A stretch of DNA of 64,000 bases from Vicinamibacterales bacterium (GTDB taxonomy: Bacteria > Acidobacteriota > Vicinamibacteria > Vicinamibacterales > UBA2999): the NCBI GenBank assembly GCA_035263125.1, contig DATFRP010000082.1, positions 4,680 to 68,679 on the forward strand. The letters are read 5' to 3'. Of the stretch, positions 17,017 to 26,433 are shown in pieces; the stretch's first letter is position 1, and every line of letters starts with the position of its first letter. The position numbers were made by a program, and so were the translations under genes. The notes beneath the pieces are model-generated. The model was not told the DNA's origin. It saw nothing but the letters and a program-made list of their open reading frames with translations, and ran no database searches.

Positions 17017-18480
17017 TCACACCCGCTGCAGCAACGGCCGCAGCGATCGGATGTCTTTCACGCGCTCGATTGAAAGGAGCGTGTCGATGAGCTTTTGCGT
17101 CGTTGCCGCCCCGAGCACCGGCGCCGTCAGGTCGCGTGCCTTGTCGACGACCTCCATGCGCGACATCGGGTTGCGCGGCGTCCCTCGCACTGCTTCAACA
17201 CGATCGGAGATCTGGGTGCCGTCGTTGAGCGTCACTTCGACGATCGCGACGCGCGCCGGCAACAGCCGCGCCAGCGCTTCGTCCGGCACGTATGTCACTT
17301 TGGCCCGTTGACGGATCACTTCAGCGTCCTTCATGCGCGTCTTGTCGTGCGCGGCGTGAAATGACGCGGTCTTGTCGATCAGCATCACCGCGACCATGTG
17401 CTGCAGGCAGATGTCTGGCATCTCGCGATTGTCGACCACGCTGCCTACGCTCGGGGCGAGACGCACCGCGACGCTCTTCACGTCGTTCGCGTCAAACGAT
17501 CGTTTCTTCCGGATGTTGTCGACGGCATCGAGCGGCGCCTGGATCGGCGAGCCGACGGTCCATTTCTTGATGTCGGTGTTCGTCACTTCGTAGCGCTCGC
17601 CGAGCTTGTCCACGAGCACCGCGGGGTTTCCCTTCGGTGCGTTCACCTGGAAGAAGTTGTCGTCACCGGCAAACACATCGTCGACGCCGTTCCATCCCGA
17701 CCGAACGATCAACGCGGCAGTGACGCCGTTGCGCGCCGGCATCCCGCCGAAGACGAACCCTTTCTCCATGTGATCGGTGTCGCGGCCCCAGATCGCGTAG
17801 CCGCTCGCCTGCTGCGATGCGTAATCGAGCAGCCATCGCATGTGCTGCGCAGTCAGTCCCGCGATGCACCCCGCTGCGGCAGCCGACCCGAAGTTTCCGG
17901 AGAACGCATGTGTGCTGCGACGGGTTTCATCCCGGAAGCTCTGGCCGCCGAGCGCCATGGTGAGCCGCGGCCCGACGTCATAGCCGAGCACCACGGCCCT
18001 GAGGAATCGCTCGCCGCTCGCGCCGAGCTCCTCTCCGAGCGCGAGCGACGCGGGCACGATCGACGCGCCGGGATGCGACTGCGAGGGACCGTGTGAATCG
18101 TCGGTTTCATCGGAGTGCGCGAGCACGCCGTTGACGAGCGCCGCATCGATCGATCCAGTCGTGATGTTCGAGCCGACGATCGTGGCCACCGAGCGCCCCG
18201 CCTGTGTGCGCGCGAACGCGATCGCGGCCTGGCCAGGCGGCAGCGTCGAGCCGGACACCATCGCCGCGAAGGTGTCGAGAATGTGATCCCTGGCCTTCTC
18301 GATCACCTCCGCAGGCAGCGGACGATCCTTCGCCGCGGCCATGTAAGTGCTGAGCGTCGTCATCACGGGCGATGCAGGGGCCGCCGGCGTAGGGGCCGCC
18401 CTCAGGCGGCCCATCTTGAGTGACGCCGCCGACAAGGCGGCCGCGCGCAGCACATCCCGTCGTGAGAGTTGCGTGCGCAT
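17017..18480 (-). CDS. MmgE/PrpD family protein with twin-arginine signal
   Basis: MRTQLSRRDVLRAAALSAASLKMGRLRAAP is a Tat motif. Family motifs HILDTFAAMVSGS and VNGVLAHSDETDDSH are present. The start lies 1 nt after the ggt stop codon. Confidence 0.8.
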   Translation of the reverse strand: MRTQLSRRDVLRAAALSAASLKMGRLRAAPTPAAPASPVMTTLSTYMAAAKDRPLPAEVIEKARDHILDTFAAMVSGSTLPPGQAAIAFARTQAGRSVATIVGSNITTGSIDAALVNGVLAHSDETDDSHGPSQSHPGASIVPASLALGEELGASGERFLRAVVLGYDVGPRLTMALGGQSFRDETRRSTHAFSGNFGSAAAAGCIAGLTAQHMRWLLDYASQQASGYAIWGRDTDHMEKGFVFGGMPARNGVTAALIVRSGWNGVDDVFAGDDNFFQVNAPKGNPAVLVDKLGERYEVTNTDIKKWTVGSPIQAPLDAVDNIRKKRSFDANDVKSVAVRLAPSVGSVVDNREMPDICLQHMVAVMLIDKTASFHAAHDKTRMKDAEVIRQRAKVTYVPDEALARLLPARVAIVEVTLNDGTQISDRVEAVRGTPRNPMSRMEVVDKARDLTAPVLGAATTQKLIDTLLSIERVKDIRSLRPLLQRV

Positions 18481-18481
18481 A

Positions 18482-20394
18482 TCAGTACGCGATCGCGTAG
18501 CAGTCCCGTCGCGGATCGGCTGCCGCGAAGCGATTGCCGGTCGCCGGATCGATCATCACCGCCGTCGCACACCCCGACATCCCGAATGCCGGCAACCGGG
18601 TCACATCGTGGCCGCGGGCCTTGAGCTCGTCGTAGACCGCGTTCGGCACGTCCTGTTCGACCGCGAGCTTGTTGAATCCCGCGGTGTGCGGCCAGAACGA
18701 TCCGTAGAAGTGAGACGTCTGCACGCGCGGACGCTCGAGTGCCTTGTGCAGGTTGGGATACCAGTCGCCCCAGAACTCGACGATGCTCAGGAACGCCTGC
18801 AGGATCGTCTGGTCCTGGTTGTCGCCGCCCGGAGTGCCGAGCGCCATCATCGGCGTATCACCCTTGAAGACGAGACTTGGCGTCAGCGTATAGCGCGGCC
18901 GCGCCCGCGGACGAATCTGATTCGCACGCGTCTTGTCGAGCCAGAACTGCTCCCCGCGCACGCTCATGCCGATCCCGGTTTCGCCGAGGATGACGGCGCC
19001 CGTGATCCAGCCGCCGCTCGGCGTCGCGTCGAAGATGTTGCCATCCCGATCGATGATCGCCATGTGCGTGGTGTCCTTCGACACGCCGCCGGAATCACGG
19101 CCGAGCGATGCCAGCAGATCGGGGTCACTCGGTTCGATCGAGGTCGTCAGATCGCGCACGTTCGCCTTCCAATATGGCCACGCTTTCACCGTCGTGTCGT
19201 GCTTCATTGGATCGCCGGCAATGAACGATCTCGATGCGTGCCGCGGATCGATGAGCGCCGCGCGCTCTCTGGCGTACGCTTTCGACAGCAGTCCTTCGGC
19301 TGGTGACTTCACAAACGCCTGGTCGGCGTAGTAGGTGTCGCGATCGGCGTAGGCGAGCTTCATCGCTTCGGTGATCGTGTGGAGATAGTCCGCGCTGCCG
19401 TAGCCCATGGCGTGGAGATCGAATGTCTCGAGGATGTTGAGCGCCTCGAGCAACGCCGGCCCCTGACTGCCGAACCCGTGCTTGTAGACCGTGTAGCCGC
19501 GATAGGTCGTCTTCGCCGGCTCCTCGATGCGCGCGAAGTACTCGGAGAAGTCGCTCGCGTCAAAGGGCGCACCGTGCGCGCGAAGGAACGCCACCATCTC
19601 GCGCGCGATGTCGCCGGCATAGAAGCGATCGCGGGCCGCGGCAATGCCGGCGGCGCGGCCACGCGCGCTGTCTGCCCGCTTGGCGCTGCGCTCGGCTTCG
19701 ACCATGCGGCGCAGCGTACGGGCGAGTGTCGGCAGCTTGATCGTTTCGCCAGGCTGGTACTGGGAGCCGTCCGGCTTCAACCAGTACGCCTTGTTCGTCG
19801 GCCACTGCGAGATGAATTTCATCTGCTCGCGAATGGCGCGTGCCGTGAGCGGCCGCATCGGAAAGCCGCGCTCTGCATAGCCGATCGCCGGAGCCGCGAC
19901 TTCTTCGAGGCTCATCGTTCCCCAGCGTTCGAGCACGGTGAGCGCCGCGTGGACCGCGCCGGGCACGACGGCCGGATCGAGCCCGGCGCCATCGAGCGTC
20001 TTCTTCCGCGAGAGATACCAGTCGACGTCGACGGCCTTGGGGGCCCATCCCTGCCCGACGATCGACGTGACCTTTCGCTCGCTGCGCGGGTAGACGAGCA
20101 CGAGCGCCTCGCCGCCAAGGCTGTAGAGATCCTGCTCGAGGACGCCACCAGCCAGGAGCGCCGCCGCACCCGCATCGAACGCGTTGCCGCCCTTGAGCAG
20201 GATGCTGAACGCTGCCGCAGTCGTGAGCGGATGGCCAGTAGACACGCCACCAGACGGGCCCATCACAGGTGGCCGAAGTGCGGCGTCTGTCGCCCGACGA
20301 TCCTGAGCGGGGACCTGCGAGCGATCCTGTGCCGCAATCGCCGCGCAGAGCACGACGCACCCCGTCATCAGTAACGCCGCCATGCGTCCTGGCA
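18482..20394 (-). CDS. ggt: Gamma-glutamyltransferase family protein, exported
   Basis: GHPLTTAAAFSILLKGGNAFDAGAA, GGEALVLVY, the catalytic-Thr region SKDTTHMAIIDRDGN, and GTPGGDNQDQTILQ. The likely start is MPGRMAALLMTGCVVLCAAIAAQ at 20394 (or 20383). The track start at 20569 adds an implausible leader. Confidence 0.85.
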
Positions 20395-20440
20395 TCAGGC
20401 TTTTCCTCGCTGCGAAGTGTAGCGCGCAGAGCCAGCGGAG

Positions 20441-20466
20441 GGTGCGGAGAAAAGCGTTCACGCAGA
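20441..20466 (-). promoter_or_regulatory. Conserved 23-nt motif upstream of ggt (second copy at 24637-24662)
   Basis: GTGCGGAGAAAAGCGTTCACGCA here versus GTGCGGAGAAAAGCGTCCACGCA at 24638 (22/23 identical). Both copies are in the same orientation relative to a downstream minus-strand exported hydrolase gene. Confidence 0.3.
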
Positions 20467-20700
20467 GTTCGTCACGCAGAGGAGCAGGGATCGCAGGGGG
20501 CGCACAAAGCGGGATCAGTCGAAGGCTCAGCCGCTCCCTTCGTTCCCAACTCGACCAGCCTGACGACATTGAAGACCGCCGCGGGAGACTGTCGGGGCTG
20601 TGATCTCTACAAACACGCCTGCCGTTCGTCGGACCGGCAGGTTCGCTCCTCGGCGGATCTCAGGCCGGTCGCGAAGCTGCTGAAGGCGTGACGCCTTGCG

Positions 20701-20733
20701 CTTCTACATATGAATGTGCTTAATATGTAGAAG
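20701..20733 (+). promoter_or_regulatory. Perfect 11-bp inverted repeat, candidate PadR operator overlapping a -10-like TAATAT
   Basis: CTTCTACATAT-gaatgtgctta-ATATGTAGAAG ends 15 nt upstream of the padR-like ATG (20748). TAATAT lies at 20721-20726 and GAGG at 20737-20740. A second palindrome, AAGGCGTGACGCCTT, lies at 20683-20697. Confidence 0.5.
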
Positions 20734-20747
20734 CTCGAGGCGTACTC

Positions 20748-21083
20748 ATGAAGACTGACCTGCCGCAGGGCACACTGGACCTGCTGATCCTGAAAATCGT
20801 CGCTCTCGGTCCTGTCCACGGCTACGCCATCGCTCAGCGCCTGCAACAGGTCTCGCGCGACGTCGTGCAGGTGCCGCAGGGTTCTCTCTATCCGGCACTG
20901 CATCGACTCGAGAACCGCGGGCTGCTGGTCGCCGATTGGAAAGACACGGACCGCGGCCGCGAAGCCAAGTTCTACCGGCTGACACGAAAAGGGCGGGCGC
21001 AGCTCGAGACCGAATCCGCCAGCTGGCAACGTCTGAGCCAGGCCGTCGGTCTCATCCTCAAGCTGTCGGAAGGTGCGGAATGA
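20748..21083 (+). CDS. PadR family transcriptional regulator
   Basis: LDLLILKIVALGPVHGYAIAQRLQQVSRDVVQVPQGSLYPALHRLENRGLLVADW...EAKFYRLTRKGRAQL is a canonical PadR winged helix. Confidence 0.9.
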   Translation: MKTDLPQGTLDLLILKIVALGPVHGYAIAQRLQQVSRDVVQVPQGSLYPALHRLENRGLLVADWKDTDRGREAKFYRLTRKGRAQLETESASWQRLSQAVGLILKLSEGAE

Positions 21084-23725
21084 GCTGGTGGTCTCGGGTC
21101 TGGCATCGCCGCCGGCTCGAGCATCAGCTCCACAAAGAGCTGCAGTTCCACGTCGACCAATACACCGCCGACCTGATCGACCGTGGTCTCGATCCGATCG
21201 AGGCGGAACGACGGGCGCGTCTCGAATTTGGCGGCGTCGAACAGATCAAGGAGCAGTGCCGCGACGCGCGCGGCACCCGCTGGTTCGACGATCTGGTGCT
21301 CGATGTCCGATACACCCTTCGTTCCTTGCGAAAACGAGCGGGCTTTGCCGCCGTCGCGATCGGAACGGTCGCCCTCGGCGTCGGCGCGGCCACCGTCATG
21401 TTCACGGTCGTCAACGGCGTCCTGCTCAAGCCGCTGGCCTACGCGGATCCGTCGCGGCTGGTCGCGCTCCACGAGGAGACCGCGTACAGCACGCAGTTCG
21501 GCAACACGTGGGCGTTTGCGTACCCGAACTATCTCGATTGCCGCAGCGACGTCCGAGCGCTCGCGCTGACCGCGTGGCGCGTTGGCGGCGGGATCGTCAG
21601 CGGCTCGGGCGATCCTGAATACGCGCCAGGATTTCAGATCTCGTCGAATCTGTTTGCGGTTCTCGGCGTTCGGCTCGATCGCGGGCGCGCGTTTCTGGAC
21701 GAGGAAGACCGTCCCGGCGGCGCGCCAGTGGCGATCATCAGCCATCGGCTATGGCAACGGCGGTACGCCGCGCACCCCGGAATCATCGGCGAACGCCTCG
21801 TGCTCGACGGCACCTCCTACTCCATCGTGGGAGTGACCCCTGATGGTTTCCAGTTGGCCGGTGATGGCGACGTGTTCACGCCGCTCGGACAGGCACCACC
21901 GGCGCAGCTTCGCAATCGCGGCCTGCATCCCGGCATTCGGGTATGGGGCCGCCTGCAGGTTGACGCCTCCCTGCGCGACGCGCAAGCGCAGCTGACGGTC
22001 GTGGGTCGGCGTCTCGCCGAGCAATACCGCGATTCGAACGAGAGACGGACGTTCGTCGCGTCACCGCTGCGACCCGACGTTGGCAACGTCAGTTCTACAC
22101 TGTGGCTGCTGTTCGGCGCCGTCTTTCTGGTGTTGCTCATCGCATGCGCCAACGTGGCGAGTCTGCTTCTGGCGCGCGCCGTCGCGCGACATCGCGAGCT
22201 GACGCTGCGCGCGGCTCTCGGTGCCGGACGCGGCCGGCTCTTCCGACAGTGCTTCACCGAGAGCGCCATGCTGGCCGTGATCGGCGGCGCACTCGGTGTC
22301 CTGCTCGCGGCGGTCGCCGTCCAGCCGTTCATCGCCTTGTGGCCCGGCGAGCTGCCGCGTGCCGAGCAGGTGCAGCTCGATTGGCACGTGCTGCTCTTCG
22401 CACTGGTCTTATCGCTTGTAAGCAGCGTGCTCTTCGGATTGGCGCCAGCGCTGCGCGCGCCCGCGCGTCAGCTCGAGCACGTCCTCCGATCGTCAGGCCG
22501 TACGGTTCGCGGGAGCTCGCGAGCGCTGCACAACGCGTTTGTGGTGTCCGAGGTGGCACTGGCGATCGTTCTGCTTGTCAGTGCCGGTGCGCTCGGCCGC
22601 ACGCTCATCCGGCTCTCGTCGCTCGACCCGGGCGTCAACCGACAGAACGTGCTCGTCACCCGCATGGCACTCTCACCGGCGACGCTGATCGATCCCGCGC
22701 GAACCCGCGCGACCTGGAACGACGTGCTCGAGCGTGCTCGTCACGTGCCCGGCGTGCAGGCCGCTGCGATCGTCGATACGGTCCCGATGCGACCGGGCAA
22801 CAACCAGCTCGGATATTGGACCAGCGGGAACCTTCCCCCATCGAACCAGCAGCCGATCGCCTTGGCAACGTCTGTCTCCAAGGAGTACGCGAAGGTCATG
22901 GGACTCTCGTTGAGTGCAGGACGATTCTTCGACGAACACGACGGACCGACCAGCATTCCGGTCGTCATCATCGACGATGTGCTGGCGCGAACGGCGTTTA
23001 GTGACGCGAACCCCGTCGGCAGGAAGATGTGGATTCCCAACCTCGGTGAAGGCCCGTTTGAAATCGTCGGCGTCGTCGGCCATGTGCGGCACTGGGGCCT
23101 GGCGAGCGACGATCAGTCGACCGTGCGGGCGCAGATCTACTACCCGTTTGCGCAGCTACCCGACCGATTCGTACGACGTTGGTCGGAGCTCATGTCAATC
23201 GCCGTTCGAACATCGGTACCGCCTCTGAACGTTGTCGAGACGTTGCGGCACGAACTGCGCGGGAGCACAGGCGATCAGGTGCTCTACGAGGTGCGCACGC
23301 TGGATCAACTTGCGAGCAATTCCCTGGCGCGCGCGCGATTCCTGCTGATGCTCTTCGGCGTCTTCGCCGGCGTGGCGCTCGGGCTCGCCTGCATCGGGAT
23401 CTACGGCGTGCTGTCGTTTCTGACCAACGAACGTGTGCCGGAGATCGGCGCACGCATGGCCATTGGCGCGAACGCGGGACAGGTCTTGCGACTGGTCGTC
23501 GGTCAAAGTCTTCGTGTCATCGCCACCGGACTTGCAGCCGGAACACTTGCGGCGCTCGCGGCCGGCCGTCTGCTCGAGCAACAGATCGACGGCATGCGCG
23601 CGACCGAGCCGTCTACGTTGGGCGCCATGATTGCGGTGCTCGTTGCTGCGGCGATGCTGGCCACGTACATCCCCGCGCGCCGCGCCAGTCGCCTCGACGT
23701 AATGACGGCGCTTCGACAGGATTAG
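21080..23725 (+). CDS. ADOP-type duplicated FtsX/MacB-like permease
   Basis: ATG at 21080 overlaps the PadR stop (ATGA). The N-terminus MSWWSRVWHRRRLEHQLHKELQFHVDQYTADLIDRGLDPIEAERRARLEFGGVEQIKEQCRDARG...DVRYTLRSLRKRAGFAAVAIGTVALGVGAATVMFTVVNGVLLKPL is the characteristic ADOP leader. Two FtsX-like membrane modules follow. Confidence 0.9.
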   Translation: MSWWSRVWHRRRLEHQLHKELQFHVDQYTADLIDRGLDPIEAERRARLEFGGVEQIKEQCRDARGTRWFDDLVLDVRYTLRSLRKRAGFAAVAIGTVALGVGAATVMFTVVNGVLLKPLAYADPSRLVALHEETAYSTQFGNTWAFAYPNYLDCRSDVRALALTAWRVGGGIVSGSGDPEYAPGFQISSNLFAVLGVRLDRGRAFLDEEDRPGGAPVAIISHRLWQRRYAAHPGIIGERLVLDGTSYSIVGVTPDGFQLAGDGDVFTPLGQAPPAQLRNRGLHPGIRVWGRLQVDASLRDAQAQLTVVGRRLAEQYRDSNERRTFVASPLRPDVGNVSSTLWLLFGAVFLVLLIACANVASLLLARAVARHRELTLRAALGAGRGRLFRQCFTESAMLAVIGGALGVLLAAVAVQPFIALWPGELPRAEQVQLDWHVLLFALVLSLVSSVLFGLAPALRAPARQLEHVLRSSGRTVRGSSRALHNAFVVSEVALAIVLLVSAGALGRTLIRLSSLDPGVNRQNVLVTRMALSPATLIDPARTRATWNDVLERARHVPGVQAAAIVDTVPMRPGNNQLGYWTSGNLPPSNQQPIALATSVSKEYAKVMGLSLSAGRFFDEHDGPTSIPVVIIDDVLARTAFSDANPVGRKMWIPNLGEGPFEIVGVVGHVRHWGLASDDQSTVRAQIYYPFAQLPDRFVRRWSELMSIAVRTSVPPLNVVETLRHELRGSTGDQVLYEVRTLDQLASNSLARARFLLMLFGVFAGVALGLACIGIYGVLSFLTNERVPEIGARMAIGANAGQVLRLVVGQSLRVIATGLAAGTLAALAAGRLLEQQIDGMRATEPSTLGAMIAVLVAAAMLATYIPARRASRLDVMTALRQD

Positions 23726-23731
23726 TGGAGT

Positions 23732-24607
23732 CTAGTCGTAGTACGCGGGCGACTTTTTCAGCTTCGCGTTCGCGCCGAAGTCGTGCTCGATCCAGATCGT
23801 CGTCTTTGTCTTCGCGAGGTACTCCTCGATTTTCGCGCGTGACGCCGCCGACTGCTGGACGCTGAACTCGTTGTCGGGCGGCGCGCGATGGAACGCGCGT
23901 TCCGGCGGATAGTGATACAGGTCTCCTGCGATCATGATGCGCCCCGTTGACGCGAGCTGCAGCACCAGCACCTGGTGACCGGGTGTGTGGCCGGGCGCGG
24001 CTTTGATGATCGCCTTGCCGTCGCCGAAGACGTCGTACTCGTCCTTGTCGATCGTGATCGACTTGCTGTGCTCGAGCGCGGTGTAGAAGGCTGGTTCGAC
24101 GCGCTCGTTTCCCGGCTTCCACATGAACTCGCGCTCCACCTTTGGTGTCAGCCACGTCGACGCCGCGAACTGATTCAAGTTTGCGGAGTGATCTTTGTGC
24201 GCGTGAGAAATCGCCACGTAGGTGATGTCGGCGGGGCTGTAACCGATCGCCGCGAGCTGGCTCTTGAGCGTGCGCGTCACCACCGCCTTCGCAACGGCGT
24301 TGAGATCGTAACGCGCGCCGCCGGTCCCGGCCTTTTCGACGGTGGCGTCGGGAATGACGCCGACATCCCACATCAGTGTGCCCTTGGGATGCGCGACCAG
24401 AAAGCAGGGCACCGGCATCCGCGTCTCTCCGGCTTCGGCGGTCGTCACGTGGTACCGCTCGACGCCCTCTTTCGCGATGTTCAGCAGCCCGCAGTCGAAC
24501 ACATAGAGCCGCATCGTCTTTGGGGGTGATGCCTTCGTTGGAGAGGGAGTCTGAGCGGCGACCAGGGTGCCCACGACCAATACCGCAATCGCTATCGCGC
24601 TACGCAT
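23732..24607 (-). CDS. Exported MBL-fold metallo-hydrolase (N-acyl-homoserine-lactonase-like)
   Basis: Signal MRSAIAIAVLVVGTLVAAQ. Motifs CFLVAHPKGTLMWDVG, HxHxDH as ISHAHKDHSANL, GHTPGHQV and IAGDLYH. Confidence 0.8.
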   Translation of the reverse strand: MRSAIAIAVLVVGTLVAAQTPSPTKASPPKTMRLYVFDCGLLNIAKEGVERYHVTTAEAGETRMPVPCFLVAHPKGTLMWDVGVIPDATVEKAGTGGARYDLNAVAKAVVTRTLKSQLAAIGYSPADITYVAISHAHKDHSANLNQFAASTWLTPKVEREFMWKPGNERVEPAFYTALEHSKSITIDKDEYDVFGDGKAIIKAAPGHTPGHQVLVLQLASTGRIMIAGDLYHYPPERAFHRAPPDNEFSVQQSAASRAKIEEYLAKTKTTIWIEHDFGANAKLKKSPAYYD

Positions 24608-24636
24608 CGCTCACCTCGGGCGCAGATTATAGGCAG

Positions 24637-24662
24637 AGTGCGGAGAAAAGCGTCCACGCAAC
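24637..24662 (-). promoter_or_regulatory. Second copy of the 23-nt motif, overlapping a candidate promoter of the MBL gene
   Basis: The minus strand reads TGCGTGGACGCTTTTCTCCGCACTCTGCCTATAATCTGCGCCCGAGGTGAGCGATG. It contains -35-like TGGACG, a 19-nt spacer, TATAAT (24626-24631), SD GAGGTGAG, and the ATG at 24607. Confidence 0.4.
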
Positions 24663-24860
24663 GCGATGACCTTTCGCAGGACTTACTCCTGTCGATCCTG
24701 GAGATGTCGGTCAGTTCGCGCTTTGATGGAGGGCCCTCGGTAAACGTCTGCACCTCGTGGCCACTATTCGATTCCTGTCCGAAGTCTCTGTCGACGTTCG
24801 CTGGAACTGGGCCACAATGCGCACGCGTACCCGCGTGGACGCACTCACCTGGAGGCACGT

Positions 24861-26354
24861 ATGCTCAAAACCCTACCGGTTGCCGCGGTCCTGGCGGGCT
24901 TGCTCTCGTCAAGCGTGGCCGCACAGAATGCCAGTCCGGTCATCGCTGCGGCGTCAAAGGCAATGGGCGCCGACAGTCTGACCTCGATCACCTACTCGGG
25001 AAGTGCCCGAAACGGCGCGTTCGGGCAGAGCAAGAGCATCGGCGATCCCATGGGGCCGGTGAACACGACGCGAATCACCAAGTACACTCGCACCATCAAT
25101 TTCGGGAGCAGCGATCCCTCGGCTCTTGTCTCACGTGCGACCGGCACGACGCAGCCGCCGGTCGTGCCCGGCACACCGGCGCCCACGCCCGGCGTGTTCA
25201 ATCAGAACATCACCGGCATGCAGGCATCGAGCAACTGGAATCAGGCACTGAACATCTGGACGACGCCATGGGGTTTCGTCAAAGGCGCGGCGGCCAACAA
25301 CGCCACGGTGCGACAGCAGGACGGCCAGCAGGTCGTCTCGTTCTCACCGCCTAATCTCAAGTCGCCGTCCGGTCGGACCTATTCGGTGACTGGATACCTC
25401 GACAATCTGAATCGCGTGACCAAGGTGGAAACACGGGTCGACCACGCCGTGGTCGGCGACCTGCTCGTTGAATTCGAGTACTCGAACTACCAGAGCATGA
25501 ACGGCGTGCAGGTCCCGGGGCGCATCGTTCAGAAGCAGGCCGGCATGCCGACCTTCGCTGCGACGATCACGTCAGCGACGCCGAACCCGCCGAACCTCAC
25601 CGCGCTGCTGACGCCACCGCCCCCTCCGACGCCCGGTCCCGGTGCGCCGCCGCCCGGTGCGCCGCAGGCCGCTGCGGGTCCACCGCCAGTCGAGAAGATC
25701 GGTGACGGCGTGTTCAAAATCGGCGGCAATTACACCTCGCTCGCCGTCGATATGGGCGATCACATCCTCGTCGTCGAAAGCGGACAGAGCGACGCGCGTG
25801 GCATGGCGGTCATGGCCGCAGCCAAGCAGGCGATTCCAAACAAGCCGATCCGCTTCGTCGTGAACTCACATCCGCACTTCGATCACGCGAGCGGTCTGGC
25901 CGCAGCAGTGGCCGAAGGCGCAACGATCCTCACGCACAACAACAACGAGGCAGTGCTCGAGCGTCTGCTTGCAGGTTCACGCTCGCTGACCGGCGACAGC
26001 CTGTCGAAGCTCTCCGGCCGCCGCGCCGACGTCGTCACCGGCGTCGGCGATCGCGATGTACGGAAGGGAAGCAACGGCAAGATCGTCGAGCTGCATCGCA
26101 TCCCGAACGAGCACAGCAATGGGTTGCTCGCGGTGTATCTGCCGGCGGAGAAGGTGCTCTGGTCCGCGGACATCACCGTCGTGAACCCCAATCCAAATCA
26201 GCTCGGGGTGGTGAAGTCCGCGGTCGCGACGTTCGATCGGCTGAAGCTCGATTACAACGGCTGGATTCCGGCGCATCCACCGAACCCTGACAAGCCTCTC
26301 ACGAAAGCGGATGTCATGGCTGCGGTGAAAACGGTGAAAACGGGCACGAATTAA
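24861..26354 (+). CDS. Exported two-domain MBL-fold metallo-hydrolase
   Basis: Signal MLKTLPVAAVLAGLLSSSVAAQ. An N-terminal domain of about 230 aa is followed by a Pro-rich linker (PPPPPTPGPGAPPPGAPQAAAGPPP) and an MBL domain with VVNSHPHFDHASGL. Confidence 0.8.
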   Translation: MLKTLPVAAVLAGLLSSSVAAQNASPVIAAASKAMGADSLTSITYSGSARNGAFGQSKSIGDPMGPVNTTRITKYTRTINFGSSDPSALVSRATGTTQPPVVPGTPAPTPGVFNQNITGMQASSNWNQALNIWTTPWGFVKGAAANNATVRQQDGQQVVSFSPPNLKSPSGRTYSVTGYLDNLNRVTKVETRVDHAVVGDLLVEFEYSNYQSMNGVQVPGRIVQKQAGMPTFAATITSATPNPPNLTALLTPPPPPTPGPGAPPPGAPQAAAGPPPVEKIGDGVFKIGGNYTSLAVDMGDHILVVESGQSDARGMAVMAAAKQAIPNKPIRFVVNSHPHFDHASGLAAAVAEGATILTHNNNEAVLERLLAGSRSLTGDSLSKLSGRRADVVTGVGDRDVRKGSNGKIVELHRIPNEHSNGLLAVYLPAEKVLWSADITVVNPNPNQLGVVKSAVATFDRLKLDYNGWIPAHPPNPDKPLTKADVMAAVKTVKTGTN

Positions 26355-26361
26355 CGAACTT

Positions 26362-26421
26362 CGACACACTGAGGCACAGAGGCAGAAAGAAGACAAATCG
26401 TCTCGGTGCCTCCGTGTGTCG
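26362..26421. terminator. Hairpin between convergent genes
   Basis: CGACACACTGAGGCAC...(28 nt)...GTGCCTCCGTGTGTCG is a 16-bp stem with 1 mismatch. It lies between the stops at 26354 (+) and 26434 (-). Confidence 0.5.
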
Positions 26422-26433
26422 TGAGGAGTGACA

